This document shows positions 29,565 through 39,168 of a stretch of 64,000 nucleotides of DNA, piece by piece. Under the pieces are notes generated by a model. That model had not been told where the DNA came from, did not search any database, and was given only the letters and a program-made list of their open reading frames with translations. Numbering within the stretch: position 1 is the first letter of the stretch; each line of letters starts with the position of its first letter. The stretch is from Nitrospirota bacterium (lineage in GTDB: Bacteria > Nitrospirota > JACRHL01): contig JAOUFN010000012.1 in NCBI GenBank assembly GCA_029858285.1, positions 3,470 through 67,469 of the forward strand. Direction: 5' to 3'. The translations under genes and the position numbers were made by a program.

Positions 29565-30599
29565 TTACGTGGAGATGGAAATCTTGCGCAGCAGGTCAAG
29601 TTCCTGCAGCACCTGACCTCCACCAAGCACGACGCTGGTCAGCGGGTTGTCCACGGTGATGATGGGCAGATTGGTTTCCTCGCGCAGGCGCACGTCCAGC
29701 CCGCGCACCAGGGAACCACCGCCGGTGAGCACCAGGCCCCGGTCGATGATGTCGCCGGAGAGCTCCGGCGGGGTGTTTTCGAGGGCCACCTTGATGGTGT
29801 TCACGATCACCGAGATCGGCTCGGCCAGTGCCTCGCGAATCTCGCTGTCGTCGATCACCAGGGTCTTGGGGATGCCCGAGATCAGGTCGCGCCCCTTGAT
29901 CATGGTGCTCATCGGCTCGTCCATCGGGTAGGCGCTGCCGATTTCCATCTTGATGCGCTCGGCCATGTGCTCGCCGATCAGCAGGTTGTACTTGCGCTTG
30001 ACGTAGCTGACGATGGCGTCGTCCATCTTGTCGCCAGCCACCTTCACGCTCTCGCTGTACACGATGCCCGCCAGGGAGATCACCGCCACGTCGGTGGTGC
30101 CGCCGCCGATGTCCACCACCATGTTACCCTCGGCCTCGGCGATGGGCAGACCGGCGCCGATGGCTGCGGCCACCGGCTCCTCGATGATGTACACCTCGCG
30201 GGCCCCCGCCAGTTCCGCCGAATCGCGCACCGCACGCTGCTCCACCTGGGTGATCCCGGAGGGCACGCAGATGACGATGCGCGGACTGACGAAGCTGCGC
30301 CGGTTGTGGGCCTTCTGGATGAAGTGCCGGAGCATTTTCTCGGTGGTTTCGAAGTCGGCGATCACGCCATCCTTCATCGGGCGGATGGCAACGATGTTGC
30401 CGGGGGTGCGCCCCAGCATCTTCTTCGCCTCGGCGCCGACCGCGAGAATTTTGCCGCTGTGCTTGTCCATGGCCACCACCGACGGCTCGTCGATGACGAT
30501 GCCGCGGCCTTTGACATAGACCAGCGTATTGGCGGTGCCCAGGTCGATCGCAAGATCTTCCGAGACCCACCCCATGAATTTGTTTCTGAACCCGAACAA
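29565..30599 (-). CDS. mreB: Rod shape-determining protein MreB
   Basis: [29 protein letters not shown] and LTGGG motifs. TTG start after GGGGAG inferred (ATG 30575 is the alternative). Confidence 0.97.
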   Translation of the reverse strand: MFGFRNKFMGWVSEDLAIDLGTANTLVYVKGRGIVIDEPSVVAMDKHSGKILAVGAEAKKMLGRTPGNIVAIRPMKDGVIADFETTEKMLRHFIQKAHNRRSFVSPRIVICVPSGITQVEQRAVRDSAELAGAREVYIIEEPVAAAIGAGLPIAEAEGNMVVDIGGGTTDVAVISLAGIVYSESVKVAGDKMDDAIVSYVKRKYNLLIGEHMAERIKMEIGSAYPMDEPMSTMIKGRDLISGIPKTLVIDDSEIREALAEPISVIVNTIKVALENTPPELSGDIIDRGLVLTGGGSLVRGLDVRLREETNLPIITVDNPLTSVVLGGGQVLQELDLLRKISIST

Positions 30600-30966
30600 C
30601 CCTAGGTACTCCCCTCTCCAGGTAGAGATCTGTTTCCGGTCCGGGCGTTGCACCCGACCGGCGGTCATGTATGACGTTTATGTCAGCAAAAGCTGTTTTT
30701 GTCAAAGCCCTTCCATGCTAGCAGAAACCCGGCAGGGTGCGCATAAGGATATTTGCAGCAACGATTTTCCCCTTCCGCCGCCGGCAACCCGCCGCCCGCA
30801 CGGAGCCGCGCGCGGGTGGTATACTGCCGCCGTCCCCGCATCTCCCGATGCCGCCGCGCCTCCGGCGCGGGGCAGTTGGAATCCCTGCTGGTCCGGCGCC
30901 CCAAAACGCCGGGCCCGTCATCGTCCGGGCCGATCCTCCCCGGTCCGGACACACCCCGGAGGCCGC

Positions 30967-31728
30967 ATGGCGGAAGCGTTGCATTTCGAGACCGAGGTCA
31001 TCCAGGTGGTGCTGGAGACCATGGACGTGTTCACCTTCCGCCTCGAAATTCCCGCCGACGTGCCGTTCATCTGGCGGGCGGGCCAGTTCATCAACCTGAC
31101 GGTAAATACGCCCGAGTACGGCCCCGGCATGGAGCGCCTGACCCGCGCTTATTCCATCAGTTCCTCCCCCGGCGAGGGGCGGTTTCTGGACCTGACTGTG
31201 AAATATTACGAGGACGGCCACGTCTCGCGTCATCTTCGGGAGGTGACCTATGTGGGCGAGGTGGTGGGCGTCGAAGGACCGTCGGGGGATTTTTATTTCG
31301 ACGCGGGGGCCGGGGCGACGGGAACAGGGGCGGCACGGCGCATCGCCCTGATTGGCGGCGGCGCCGGGGTGGCGCCCCTGCGGGCCATTGCCCGCGACAT
31401 TCTGGAACGCGGTCTGGATGTGGACATTCACTATCTGGCGAGCTGCCGCACCCCCAACGACATGATCTACCTGGCCACCCTGATGGCGTGGACGGAACAC
31501 CACCCCAACCTGCGCGTCACCCACACCATCACCCGCCCCCAGGGGCAGGGGTGGAGCGGCCCCACCGGCCGCATCGACGCGGAAAAATTGCGCGCTTGTG
31601 TGCCGCCGGAGTCCACCGACCTGTATTTCGTGGCCGGCCCCACCGCCATGGTGGCGTCGGTGCGGGAGGCGCTCAAGAAGGACCTGGGCGTGGACCGGTC
31701 GCGCATCGTCTGGGAGCCGTGGGGGTAA
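30967..31728 (+). CDS. FAD/NAD(P)-binding oxidoreductase (ferredoxin reductase-type)
   Basis: AGQF, RAYSISS, EGPSG.F, GGGAGVAP and AGP..MV motifs. GGAGG RBS. Confidence 0.9.
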   Translation: MAEALHFETEVIQVVLETMDVFTFRLEIPADVPFIWRAGQFINLTVNTPEYGPGMERLTRAYSISSSPGEGRFLDLTVKYYEDGHVSRHLREVTYVGEVVGVEGPSGDFYFDAGAGATGTGAARRIALIGGGAGVAPLRAIARDILERGLDVDIHYLASCRTPNDMIYLATLMAWTEHHPNLRVTHTITRPQGQGWSGPTGRIDAEKLRACVPPESTDLYFVAGPTAMVASVREALKKDLGVDRSRIVWEPWG

Positions 31729-31732
31729 GGCC

Positions 31733-32296
31733 ATGAACGTGGTGCTGGTGGCGCCGGAGATTCCGCCCAACTGCGGCAACGTGGCGCGCCTGTGCGTGAG
31801 TGTCGGGGCGCGCCTGCACCTGGTGGAACCCCTTGGCTTCGAGCTTTCCGACCGCTATCTGAAGCGCGCCGGTCTGGACTACTGGGAACACCTGGACCTG
31901 ACCGTGCATGCGTCCTTCGCGGCCCTTCTGGAGCAGAAGGGGGCTGCGCCCATGTACCTGGCCACCAGCCGCGCCACCCGCCCCTATACCGGAGTGACTT
32001 ACGGCGCGGACGACTGGCTGGTGTTCGGCAACGAGACCGGCGGGCTGCCGCAGGAGCTGGTGGAAAAATTCGTGGACCACACGCTGTGCATCCCCATGTG
32101 GGGACCGTCGCGCTGCCTGAACCTGAGCAACGCGGTGGCGGTGGTGGTGTTCGAGGCGTTGCGTCAGTTGCGGCCCGGGGCGTTCTATCCAGGTACTGGC
32201 GGCCTGCCGCCTCAGGGCGTGCCGGGCGCGGCAGACGCAGATGCGGGCGCCGCCGCCTCTACCGGCGTACCCTCCACTTCGGGGCCGATGCGATAG
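31733..32296 (+). CDS. trmL: tRNA (cytidine(34)-2'-O)-methyltransferase
   Basis: PEIPPNCGN, LHLVEPLGF, KRAGLDYW, FGNETGGLP and LNLSNAV motifs. Confidence 0.94.
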   Translation: MNVVLVAPEIPPNCGNVARLCVSVGARLHLVEPLGFELSDRYLKRAGLDYWEHLDLTVHASFAALLEQKGAAPMYLATSRATRPYTGVTYGADDWLVFGNETGGLPQELVEKFVDHTLCIPMWGPSRCLNLSNAVAVVVFEALRQLRPGAFYPGTGGLPPQGVPGAADADAGAAASTGVPSTSGPMR

Positions 32297-33333
32297 ACCG
32301 GGGCGTCGCGGGTCAGCCACAGGGGGTTGATGCGCGCCCCGTCCAGCCGCCCCCCCCAGTGCAGGTGCGGCCCGGTGGCGCGGCCGGTGGCCCCCACCCG
32401 GCCGATGACATCTCCCGCCTCCACCTGCTGGCCGTCCTTGACGGTGATCGCCGACAGGTGCATGTAGAACGTGAACAGCCCGCCGCCGTGCTCCAGAAAC
32501 ACAGTGTTGCCGCCAAAAAAATAGTCGCCGGGGATGCGCGCCACGCCCCGGTTGGGAGCGCTTACCGGGGTGCCGCTGGGGGCGGGAAAATCCTCGCCGT
32601 TGTGGGGGCTGCGCGGCTCGCCGTTGAACACCCGGCGGTAGCCGAAGCGGCCGGAAGGCTCGGCGCCCACGGGACTTCTCCAGGCGTCGCGCCACAGGGG
32701 CGCCTCGGGGCCGCTGACCCACAGGTGACTGATGGCCGCCTTTTCGCGTTTGATGCGCCTCAGGCTCTTGGGGCTGGGGTTTACCGTCTCGTCGGGTACT
32801 CCGTCGACGCGCTGCTCCGGAAAATCCACCTTGGTGATCTCTACCGTCAGGCGCGCCAGCAGGACTGACTGCCCGTCGCGCCGCACCTTCACCTCCAGCG
32901 GTTCGGTGCCCGGAGAAGACTGCATGTCCGCGCCGATCAGGCCCACGAAGCGATTGTCCGAAGCCTCTGCATGCACGAAGGGCACCGGGTGGGCACGAAA
33001 GCTGCCCCAGGGAGCCGAGTCGCCGGGCCGGATGGTAACCTCGATGCGCCCCACCCCGCCCTGGGGGATCTGAAACACCCCCTCCCCGGCGGCGGCCAAA
33101 GCCGCGGTGGTCAGGGTCAGGCTTAGTGCCAGGCCCAGCGCCAGGATGACCAGCGTGCCGCCCAGGGCGGCACCGGCAGCCAGGGCCACGCGGCGCAGCC
33201 CCCTCTCCCGCCGACAGACCCGCGCCCATGCTGTGGAGTACGCTGTGGACAATTCGACGGGGAATCCTGTGGAAAATTCTTCGAAAATCCCTGCTGCCGC
33301 CCCGGCGGAGGCCACTCCGCGGCTCCGCCGCAC
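32212..33333 (-). CDS. M23 family metallopeptidase (exported)
   Basis: HNGED (HxxxD), YMHLS and TGPHLHW (HxH) motifs. Start uncertain (33402, 33333 or 33189). Confidence 0.88.
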   Translation of the reverse strand: MRRSRGVASAGAAAGIFEEFSTGFPVELSTAYSTAWARVCRRERGLRRVALAAGAALGGTLVILALGLALSLTLTTAALAAAGEGVFQIPQGGVGRIEVTIRPGDSAPWGSFRAHPVPFVHAEASDNRFVGLIGADMQSSPGTEPLEVKVRRDGQSVLLARLTVEITKVDFPEQRVDGVPDETVNPSPKSLRRIKREKAAISHLWVSGPEAPLWRDAWRSPVGAEPSGRFGYRRVFNGEPRSPHNGEDFPAPSGTPVSAPNRGVARIPGDYFFGGNTVFLEHGGGLFTFYMHLSAITVKDGQQVEAGDVIGRVGATGRATGPHLHWGGRLDGARINPLWLTRDAPVYRIGPEVEGTPVEAAAPASASAAPGTP

Positions 33334-33504
33334 GCACTGCTCCGCCTTGCATCCCGAGGGGTAAATCCGATACGTTATGGGCAGGATCATTTGCAGGATC
33401 ATCTGGTTGATTGTCCGTTCGCCCGTTCACCCGGCGGCTGGCTGGAGCGCCAGGCCGGAGGTTCGGTCGTTTGCTGTATTTTCGACGTGACCGACATCGG
33501 CGTT

Positions 33505-33691
33505 TCCCTGCCTTGCCCGTGACCGGCCGGCATGCATCCCGGGACCCAATGCTTCGGAAGCGGGAGCTCGAGTACGGGGTGGTGTGCACGGCCCATGGCG
33601 CTGCCAGCGGGTCGTCCTGAAATCCCGGGGAGGGCGCCCACCTGTCATAGACAGGGTTCCGGAGCATCCGTCCGGCACGACAAGGCGGGGA
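33505..33691 (+). ncRNA. ssrS: 6S RNA
   Basis: About 187 nt with complementary ends (TCCCTGCCTTG/CAAGGCGGGGA) and internal GGGAGC, GGTGTGCA, CCTGAA, GCGCCCACCTG..CAGGGTTC blocks typical of 6S. Lies upstream of rarA-rny. Confidence 0.85.
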
Positions 33692-33952
33692 TATTAATAC
33701 CGTGCCCGCGGCGGGTGGCGCAACCCGCCGCGGGACTTTATTCCGTGAGGGATCTCCTCCCGCAAGACCGTGGCCAAACCCGCGGACGGTTTGCGCGGGG
33801 CGGCCTGTGGGCCGGTCTGGAGGGGGGAGATTGTGGGGACCGGGCGCACCGTTTCGGTGCCCGTCGGCCTCTTCCCGCAGCCGCTGCTTCCGCAGGGCAC
33901 CTGCCCGTCGCCGGTCCGTCTCCCCGCGCCCCGTGGCGCGATCCGAGGTGTG

Positions 33953-35404
33953 ATGGACCTGTTTGCCAACACAGAGGCCGCCGCCGGGGCGATGCCAGCC
34001 GAGACCACGGCTGCGGCCCCCCGGGTGCCGCTGGCCTGGCGCATGCGGCCACGCACCCTGGACGAGTACACCGGCCAGCCGCACCTGCTCGGCCCCGGCG
34101 GCCTGCTGCGCCGACAACTGGCCGCCCGGCGCATCGGTTCCCTGATCCTCTACGGCCCTCCTGGCTGCGGCAAAACCGCCCTTGCCCACCTGATCGCCCG
34201 CACCCTCCAGATGCCGTTCACGGAACTCAACGCGGTCACCGCCGGGGTACCGGAGATCCGCAAGGCGGTGGAAACCGCCACCCGCCACCGGCAGCATGGC
34301 GGCGGCGCCACCCTGTTGTTCATCGACGAAATCCACCGCTTCAACAAGCCGCAGCAGAGCGCCCTGCTCCCCCACGTGGAACAGGGGCTGCTGACCCTGA
34401 TCGGGGCCAGCACCCAGAACCCGTTTTTTTCCATCATTCCCCCCCTCGCCTCCCGCTCCCACATCGTGGAACTGAAACCCCACGGGGCGGACGACCTCGG
34501 CGTCATTCTGGAAGCCGCTCTCGGTGACTCGGAACGCGGATTGGGAAGCCTGCCCCTGGCGGCAGAAGCGGACGCCCTGGCCTTTCTCGCCGAACGCTGC
34601 GAAGGCGACGCCCGGCGCGCCCTGAACACCCTGGAAATGGCGGCCCTGACCACCCCCCCTGACGCCAGTGGGCAAATCCGCCTGACGCGGGCGGTGCTGG
34701 AGCAGTGTCTGGGCAAGAAGGCCGTGGTCTACGACGGCGAGGACGCCCACTACGACACCGCCAGCGCCTTCATCAAGAGCATCCGGGGTTCGGACGCGGA
34801 CGCCGCCCTGTATTGGCTGGCAAAAATGATCGAGGGCGGGGAAGACCCCCTGTTCATCGCCCGCCGTCTGGTGATCTCGGCCAGCGAGGACATTGGCAAC
34901 GCCGACCCGCGCGGCCTGATGGTGGCCGTGGCGGCGCAACAGGCGGTCAGCGCCATCGGCATGCCGGAAGGGCGCATCCCCCTGGCCCAGGCCACCACCT
35001 ATCTGGCCCTTGCCCCCAAGAGCAACGCGGCCTACCTGGCCGTGGATGCGGCGCTGGCGGACATTCGCGGCGGCATGGTGCTGCCGGTGCCGCCCCATCT
35101 ACAGGACGCCCACTACCCCGGCGCCAAACGTCTGGGGCGCGGCGACGGCTATCTGTATCCACATGATTTTCCTGGCCATTTCGTTTCCCAGGACTACCTG
35201 GGGGCACGACGTTCCTACTATCGGCCCACCGGACAGGGCTTCGAGGCGCGGCTGGCGGAACGCATGGCCGACCTGCACCGGCTGGGCCAGACCCCGGTGT
35301 CCCGAACAAAACATCCCGTCCAGAACGGTTCCGACAAGCGCAGCCCCGACAAACACAGCCCCGACAAACATAGCCCCGACCGGGGGCGCCCGGAGATCTC
35401 ATGA
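33953..35404 (+). CDS. rarA: Replication-associated recombination protein A (MgsA/RarA)
   Basis: PLAWRMRP, GPPGCGKT, FIDEIHRFNK, GDARRALN, HYDTASAFIKSIRGSD and ASEDIGNADP motifs. Confidence 0.96.
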   Translation: MDLFANTEAAAGAMPAETTAAAPRVPLAWRMRPRTLDEYTGQPHLLGPGGLLRRQLAARRIGSLILYGPPGCGKTALAHLIARTLQMPFTELNAVTAGVPEIRKAVETATRHRQHGGGATLLFIDEIHRFNKPQQSALLPHVEQGLLTLIGASTQNPFFSIIPPLASRSHIVELKPHGADDLGVILEAALGDSERGLGSLPLAAEADALAFLAERCEGDARRALNTLEMAALTTPPDASGQIRLTRAVLEQCLGKKAVVYDGEDAHYDTASAFIKSIRGSDADAALYWLAKMIEGGEDPLFIARRLVISASEDIGNADPRGLMVAVAAQQAVSAIGMPEGRIPLAQATTYLALAPKSNAAYLAVDAALADIRGGMVLPVPPHLQDAHYPGAKRLGRGDGYLYPHDFPGHFVSQDYLGARRSYYRPTGQGFEARLAERMADLHRLGQTPVSRTKHPVQNGSDKRSPDKHSPDKHSPDRGRPEIS

Positions 35405-36891
35405 ATCCCACCGACATCCTGTTAGCCGTCACGCTGCTGGCCAGCATCGGCGTCATATTTGTGCTGCTGCGCCACCACAACGGCATGGGCCGCGACCAGG
35501 CCGAGGGGCTGGCAGCGCGCATTGTCGCCAACGCCGAGCGCGAAGCCGACGTGCTGCGCCGCGCCGCAGAACTGGAAGTGAAGGACCGGCGCCAGACCGC
35601 AGCGGCGGAGCAGGAGTCCCTTGCCGGGCGCGAGGCCGAGGCCCGGCGCCTGCACCAGGAGGCGCAGCAGCAGGCTGCTGCCGTGGCCGAACAGGAACAG
35701 CAACTGGCCCGCGACCGGGCCCAGGTGAAGGAGCAAGGAGACACCATTGCCCGCACCCTGGAGCGCATTTCCGGTCTGTCACAGGAGCAGGCGCGGGAGG
35801 CCCTGATGGAACGGCTGGAGAGTGACTTCCGCTTCGATGCCGCACGCAGCCTGGCGCGCATTGAGGAGGAGGCCCGCAACGAGGCCGACGACCGCGCCCG
35901 CCACATCATCTCCAAGGCCATCCAGCGGGTGGCCGGTGACTATGTGGTAGAGGCCACGGTCACCGCCATCAACCTGCCGTCGGACGACCTCAAGGGGCGC
36001 ATCATCGGCCGCGAGGGGCGCAACATCCGCGCACTGGAGACCGCCACCGGCGTCAACCTGATCGTGGACGACACCCCGGAGACCATTCTCATCTCCAGCT
36101 TCGACCCCCTGCGCCGGGAGGTGGCCCGCCGCACCCTGGAACTGCTGATGGCCGACGGGCGCTTTCAGCCCACGCGCATCGAGGACACGGTGCGCTCTGT
36201 TGAAGAAAAACTCGACGGGGAGATGCGCGAGGCGGCCAACAAGATCCTGTTCGAACTCGACATCCACGACATGCACCCGGATCTGGTGGCCACCCTGGGG
36301 CGCCTGAAGTACCGCCTCAGTTACGGTCAAAACAACCTGGCCCACGCCCGCGAGGTGGGGCTGATCTGCGGCATGATGGCCGATGAACTGGGGCTCGACC
36401 GCAAGCTTGCGGTGCGGGCCGGACTGCTGCACGATGTGGGCAAGGTGCTCAGTCATGATCAGGAGGGGGGGCACGCGGTGCTGGGGGCGGAACTGGCGGA
36501 ACGCTGCGGGGAACACCCCCATGTGGTGAACGCCATCGGTTCCCACCACGGCGACGTCAAGCCGGTCACCAAGGAGGCCTATCTGGTGGCGGCGGGCGAC
36601 GCCCTGTCCGCCGGGCGGCCGGGGGCGCGGCGCGAAAACATGGAACTGTACGTCAAGCGCCTGCAAAACCTGGAGCAGGTGGCCAGTTCCTTCCCCGGCG
36701 TGGACCGGGTCTATGCCCTGCAGGCCGGACGCGAGTTGCGGGTGCTGGTGGACGCCGAACGCCTCTCGGACGACGAGTGCCTGATGATTTCGCGGGACAT
36801 TGCCCGTCGAATCGAAAAAGAGATCACCTTTCCCGGCCAGATCAAGGTCTGTCTGGTACGGGAATCCCGCTTCATCGAGTACGCCCGCTGA
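35401..36891 (+). CDS. rny: Ribonuclease Y
   Basis: N-terminal TM and coiled coil, KH domain KGRIIGREGRNIR, HD domain GLLHDVGK, YALQAGRE. Confidence 0.97.
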   Translation: MNPTDILLAVTLLASIGVIFVLLRHHNGMGRDQAEGLAARIVANAEREADVLRRAAELEVKDRRQTAAAEQESLAGREAEARRLHQEAQQQAAAVAEQEQQLARDRAQVKEQGDTIARTLERISGLSQEQAREALMERLESDFRFDAARSLARIEEEARNEADDRARHIISKAIQRVAGDYVVEATVTAINLPSDDLKGRIIGREGRNIRALETATGVNLIVDDTPETILISSFDPLRREVARRTLELLMADGRFQPTRIEDTVRSVEEKLDGEMREAANKILFELDIHDMHPDLVATLGRLKYRLSYGQNNLAHAREVGLICGMMADELGLDRKLAVRAGLLHDVGKVLSHDQEGGHAVLGAELAERCGEHPHVVNAIGSHHGDVKPVTKEAYLVAAGDALSAGRPGARRENMELYVKRLQNLEQVASSFPGVDRVYALQAGRELRVLVDAERLSDDECLMISRDIARRIEKEITFPGQIKVCLVRESRFIEYAR

Positions 36892-37709
36892 TGGAGGCCA
36901 CAGTGACCCCACCGGAATCCGGCCTGTTGAACATCCTGATGATCGGCGACATTGTTGGCGAGCCGGGCCGCAAGGCGGTGTTCCGCCACCTCGACCGGCT
37001 GCGTGACGAATACCGTCTGGACCTGGTCATCGGCAACGGCGAAAACGCCGCCGGAGGCTTTGGCATCACCCACGAAGTGGCGCGGGAGTTGTACCGCATG
37101 GGGCTGGACGTCATCACCACCGGTAACCACGCCTGGGACAAACCCGAGGCCCTGGACCTGTTCCGCGAGGAAAAACGCCTGCTGCGCCCCGCCAACTATC
37201 CGGAAGGCACACCGGGCAGTGGCTCCGGGCTGTTCACCACCGCCTCCGGCCACAAGGTGGGGGTGGTGCAGGTGATGGGCAGGGTATTCATGCACGCCCT
37301 GGACTGCCCGTTCCGCGCCGCCACCCGCGAGGTCAACCGCATGCGCCGCGAAACCCCGGTGGTGATCGTGGATGTGCACGCCGAGGCCAGCAGCGAAAAA
37401 ATGGCCATGGGCTGGCACCTGGACGGCATTGCCTCCAGTGTGTCCGGCAGTCACACCCATGTGCAGACCGCGGACGCCCGTCTGCTGCCCGGCGGCACCG
37501 GCTACCTGACCGACGTGGGCATGACCGGCCCCATGGACGGCGTGATCGGCATGCGCAAGGACGCCGTGCTGGCGCGCTTCCTGTCCGGCATGCCCAAGCG
37601 TCTGGCGGTGGCCTCCGGCCCGGCGGTGTTCTCTGGAGCGGTGTTCTCCATCGAACCCGCCAGCGGCCGCTGCCAGCGGGTGGAGCGGGTGTATCTGCCC
37701 GATGTCTGA
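36891..37709 (+). CDS. ymdB: TIGR00282 (YmdB-like) metallophosphoesterase
   Basis: GDIVGEPGR, NGENAAGG, TGNH, RPANYP, DVHAEASSEK, HTHVQTAD and TDVGMTG motifs. Confidence 0.93.
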   Translation: MEATVTPPESGLLNILMIGDIVGEPGRKAVFRHLDRLRDEYRLDLVIGNGENAAGGFGITHEVARELYRMGLDVITTGNHAWDKPEALDLFREEKRLLRPANYPEGTPGSGSGLFTTASGHKVGVVQVMGRVFMHALDCPFRAATREVNRMRRETPVVIVDVHAEASSEKMAMGWHLDGIASSVSGSHTHVQTADARLLPGGTGYLTDVGMTGPMDGVIGMRKDAVLARFLSGMPKRLAVASGPAVFSGAVFSIEPASGRCQRVERVYLPDV

Positions 37710-39132
37710 CGGCATCCGGTATCCGGCGCGCGGGGCGGGGGCGGGCAAGACGCCGGGAAATGGGCCGCTGCCGCTGGAACCGGCGCGGGAGATCCTCTCG
37801 GTCACCTCCTTGACCCGGCGCGTGAAGAGCCTGCTGGAAGGGCAGATCGGCGTGGTGTGGCTGACGGGGGAAGTGAGCGGCCTGCGCACCCCCCCTTCGG
37901 GTCACGTCTACCTGACCCTCAAGGACGCCCAGGCGCAGGTGCGCGCGGTCATCTGGGGGTCCACCGCCCGTTACCTGTCGCGGCTGCCCGCAGACGGCGA
38001 TCTGGTACTCTGCCGGGCCAGTCTGACGGTGTACGAACCACGGGGTGAATACCAGGTGGTGATCGAATACCTGGAACCGGCAGGACTGGGGGAACTCTAC
38101 CGACGGTTTGAGGAAATCCGCGCCCGACTGGCTGCGGAAGGCCTGTTCGACGCGGCCCGCAAGCGGCTCCTGCCACGGCTTCCGCGCCGCGTGGCGGTGG
38201 TCACCTCGGCGGACAGTGCGGCGCTGCGCGACGTGTTGTCGGTGCTGGGGCGGCGCGCCCGGCCCCTGCCGGTGCTGGTGGTGCCCTCCCTGGTGCAGGG
38301 CAAGGACGCCCCCCGCCAGTTGATCGCCGCCCTGGAGGCGGCGATCCGTGAGCCGCAGGTGGACGTGATTATCCTGGCCCGGGGCGGTGGCGCCCCCGAG
38401 GATCTGGCGGCATTCAACGACGAGGAACTGGCCCGCGCCGTGGCCGCAAGCCCGGTACCGGTGGTGGCGGGTGTCGGTCACGAATCCGACATCACGGTGT
38501 GCGATTTTGCCGCCGACCTGCGCGCCGCAACCCCCAGCGCCGCCGCCGAACTGGTCAGCATCGGCTGGTGGGAGTTGCCCCACGAGCTGACCCGCCTCAT
38601 CCGCCGGCTCGGGGCCGCCACCGGCGTCCATCTGGAGCGGCGGCGCCACCGTCTGGAGCGCGCCCGCGCCGGGCTGGCCGATCCCCGCGCACGGATGCGC
38701 CACCTGTTACAGCGTACCGACGACCTCACCCTGCATCTGGTGCGGGGGCTGCGTTTGCGGATGGTTCGGGCCGAGCGGCGGCACCACGATCTGGCCCTGC
38801 GGCTGGCGGCCGCCACTCCGGCGGCGGCGTTGCGAATGGGAAACCTGCGCGTGCATGCCGCCCGCGGCGGGCTGGCCCTGGCCGCCCGCCACATGCTGGA
38901 GGCGGCGCGGGCCCGGCTGTCCGGAACTGCGGCGCGGCTGGAAGGATTGTCACCCCTGGCGGTGCTGGCCCGGGGCTATGCCATTGTGCGCAAGGGAGAC
39001 GCCGTCCTCACCCGCGCCCACGATGCGGCACCCGGTGACGAGGTGGCCGTGCGGCTGCACCGGGGGGAACTGACATGCCGGGTGACCGAATCTCGACCCG
39101 ATCCCCGTCCCGAATCCCCCTTGGGGGAATAA
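37702..39132 (+). CDS. xseA: Exodeoxyribonuclease VII large subunit
   Basis: GEVS..SGHVYLTLKD, ARGGG..EDL..FNDE, GVGHESD...D.RAATPSAAAE and LARGYA motifs. Confidence 0.96.
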   Translation: MSDGIRYPARGAGAGKTPGNGPLPLEPAREILSVTSLTRRVKSLLEGQIGVVWLTGEVSGLRTPPSGHVYLTLKDAQAQVRAVIWGSTARYLSRLPADGDLVLCRASLTVYEPRGEYQVVIEYLEPAGLGELYRRFEEIRARLAAEGLFDAARKRLLPRLPRRVAVVTSADSAALRDVLSVLGRRARPLPVLVVPSLVQGKDAPRQLIAALEAAIREPQVDVIILARGGGAPEDLAAFNDEELARAVAASPVPVVAGVGHESDITVCDFAADLRAATPSAAAELVSIGWWELPHELTRLIRRLGAATGVHLERRRHRLERARAGLADPRARMRHLLQRTDDLTLHLVRGLRLRMVRAERRHHDLALRLAAATPAAALRMGNLRVHAARGGLALAARHMLEAARARLSGTAARLEGLSPLAVLARGYAIVRKGDAVLTRAHDAAPGDEVAVRLHRGELTCRVTESRPDPRPESPLGE

Positions 39133-39168
39133 CCGACCCTTGATGGACGGTTGTCGTCCACCACCCGG

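Noticed and set aside
31673..35098. 1141-aa minus-strand ORF
   Set aside because: It crosses trmL, M23, 6S RNA and rarA, and is an Arg/Gly/Pro-rich stop-poor frame typical of high-GC DNA.
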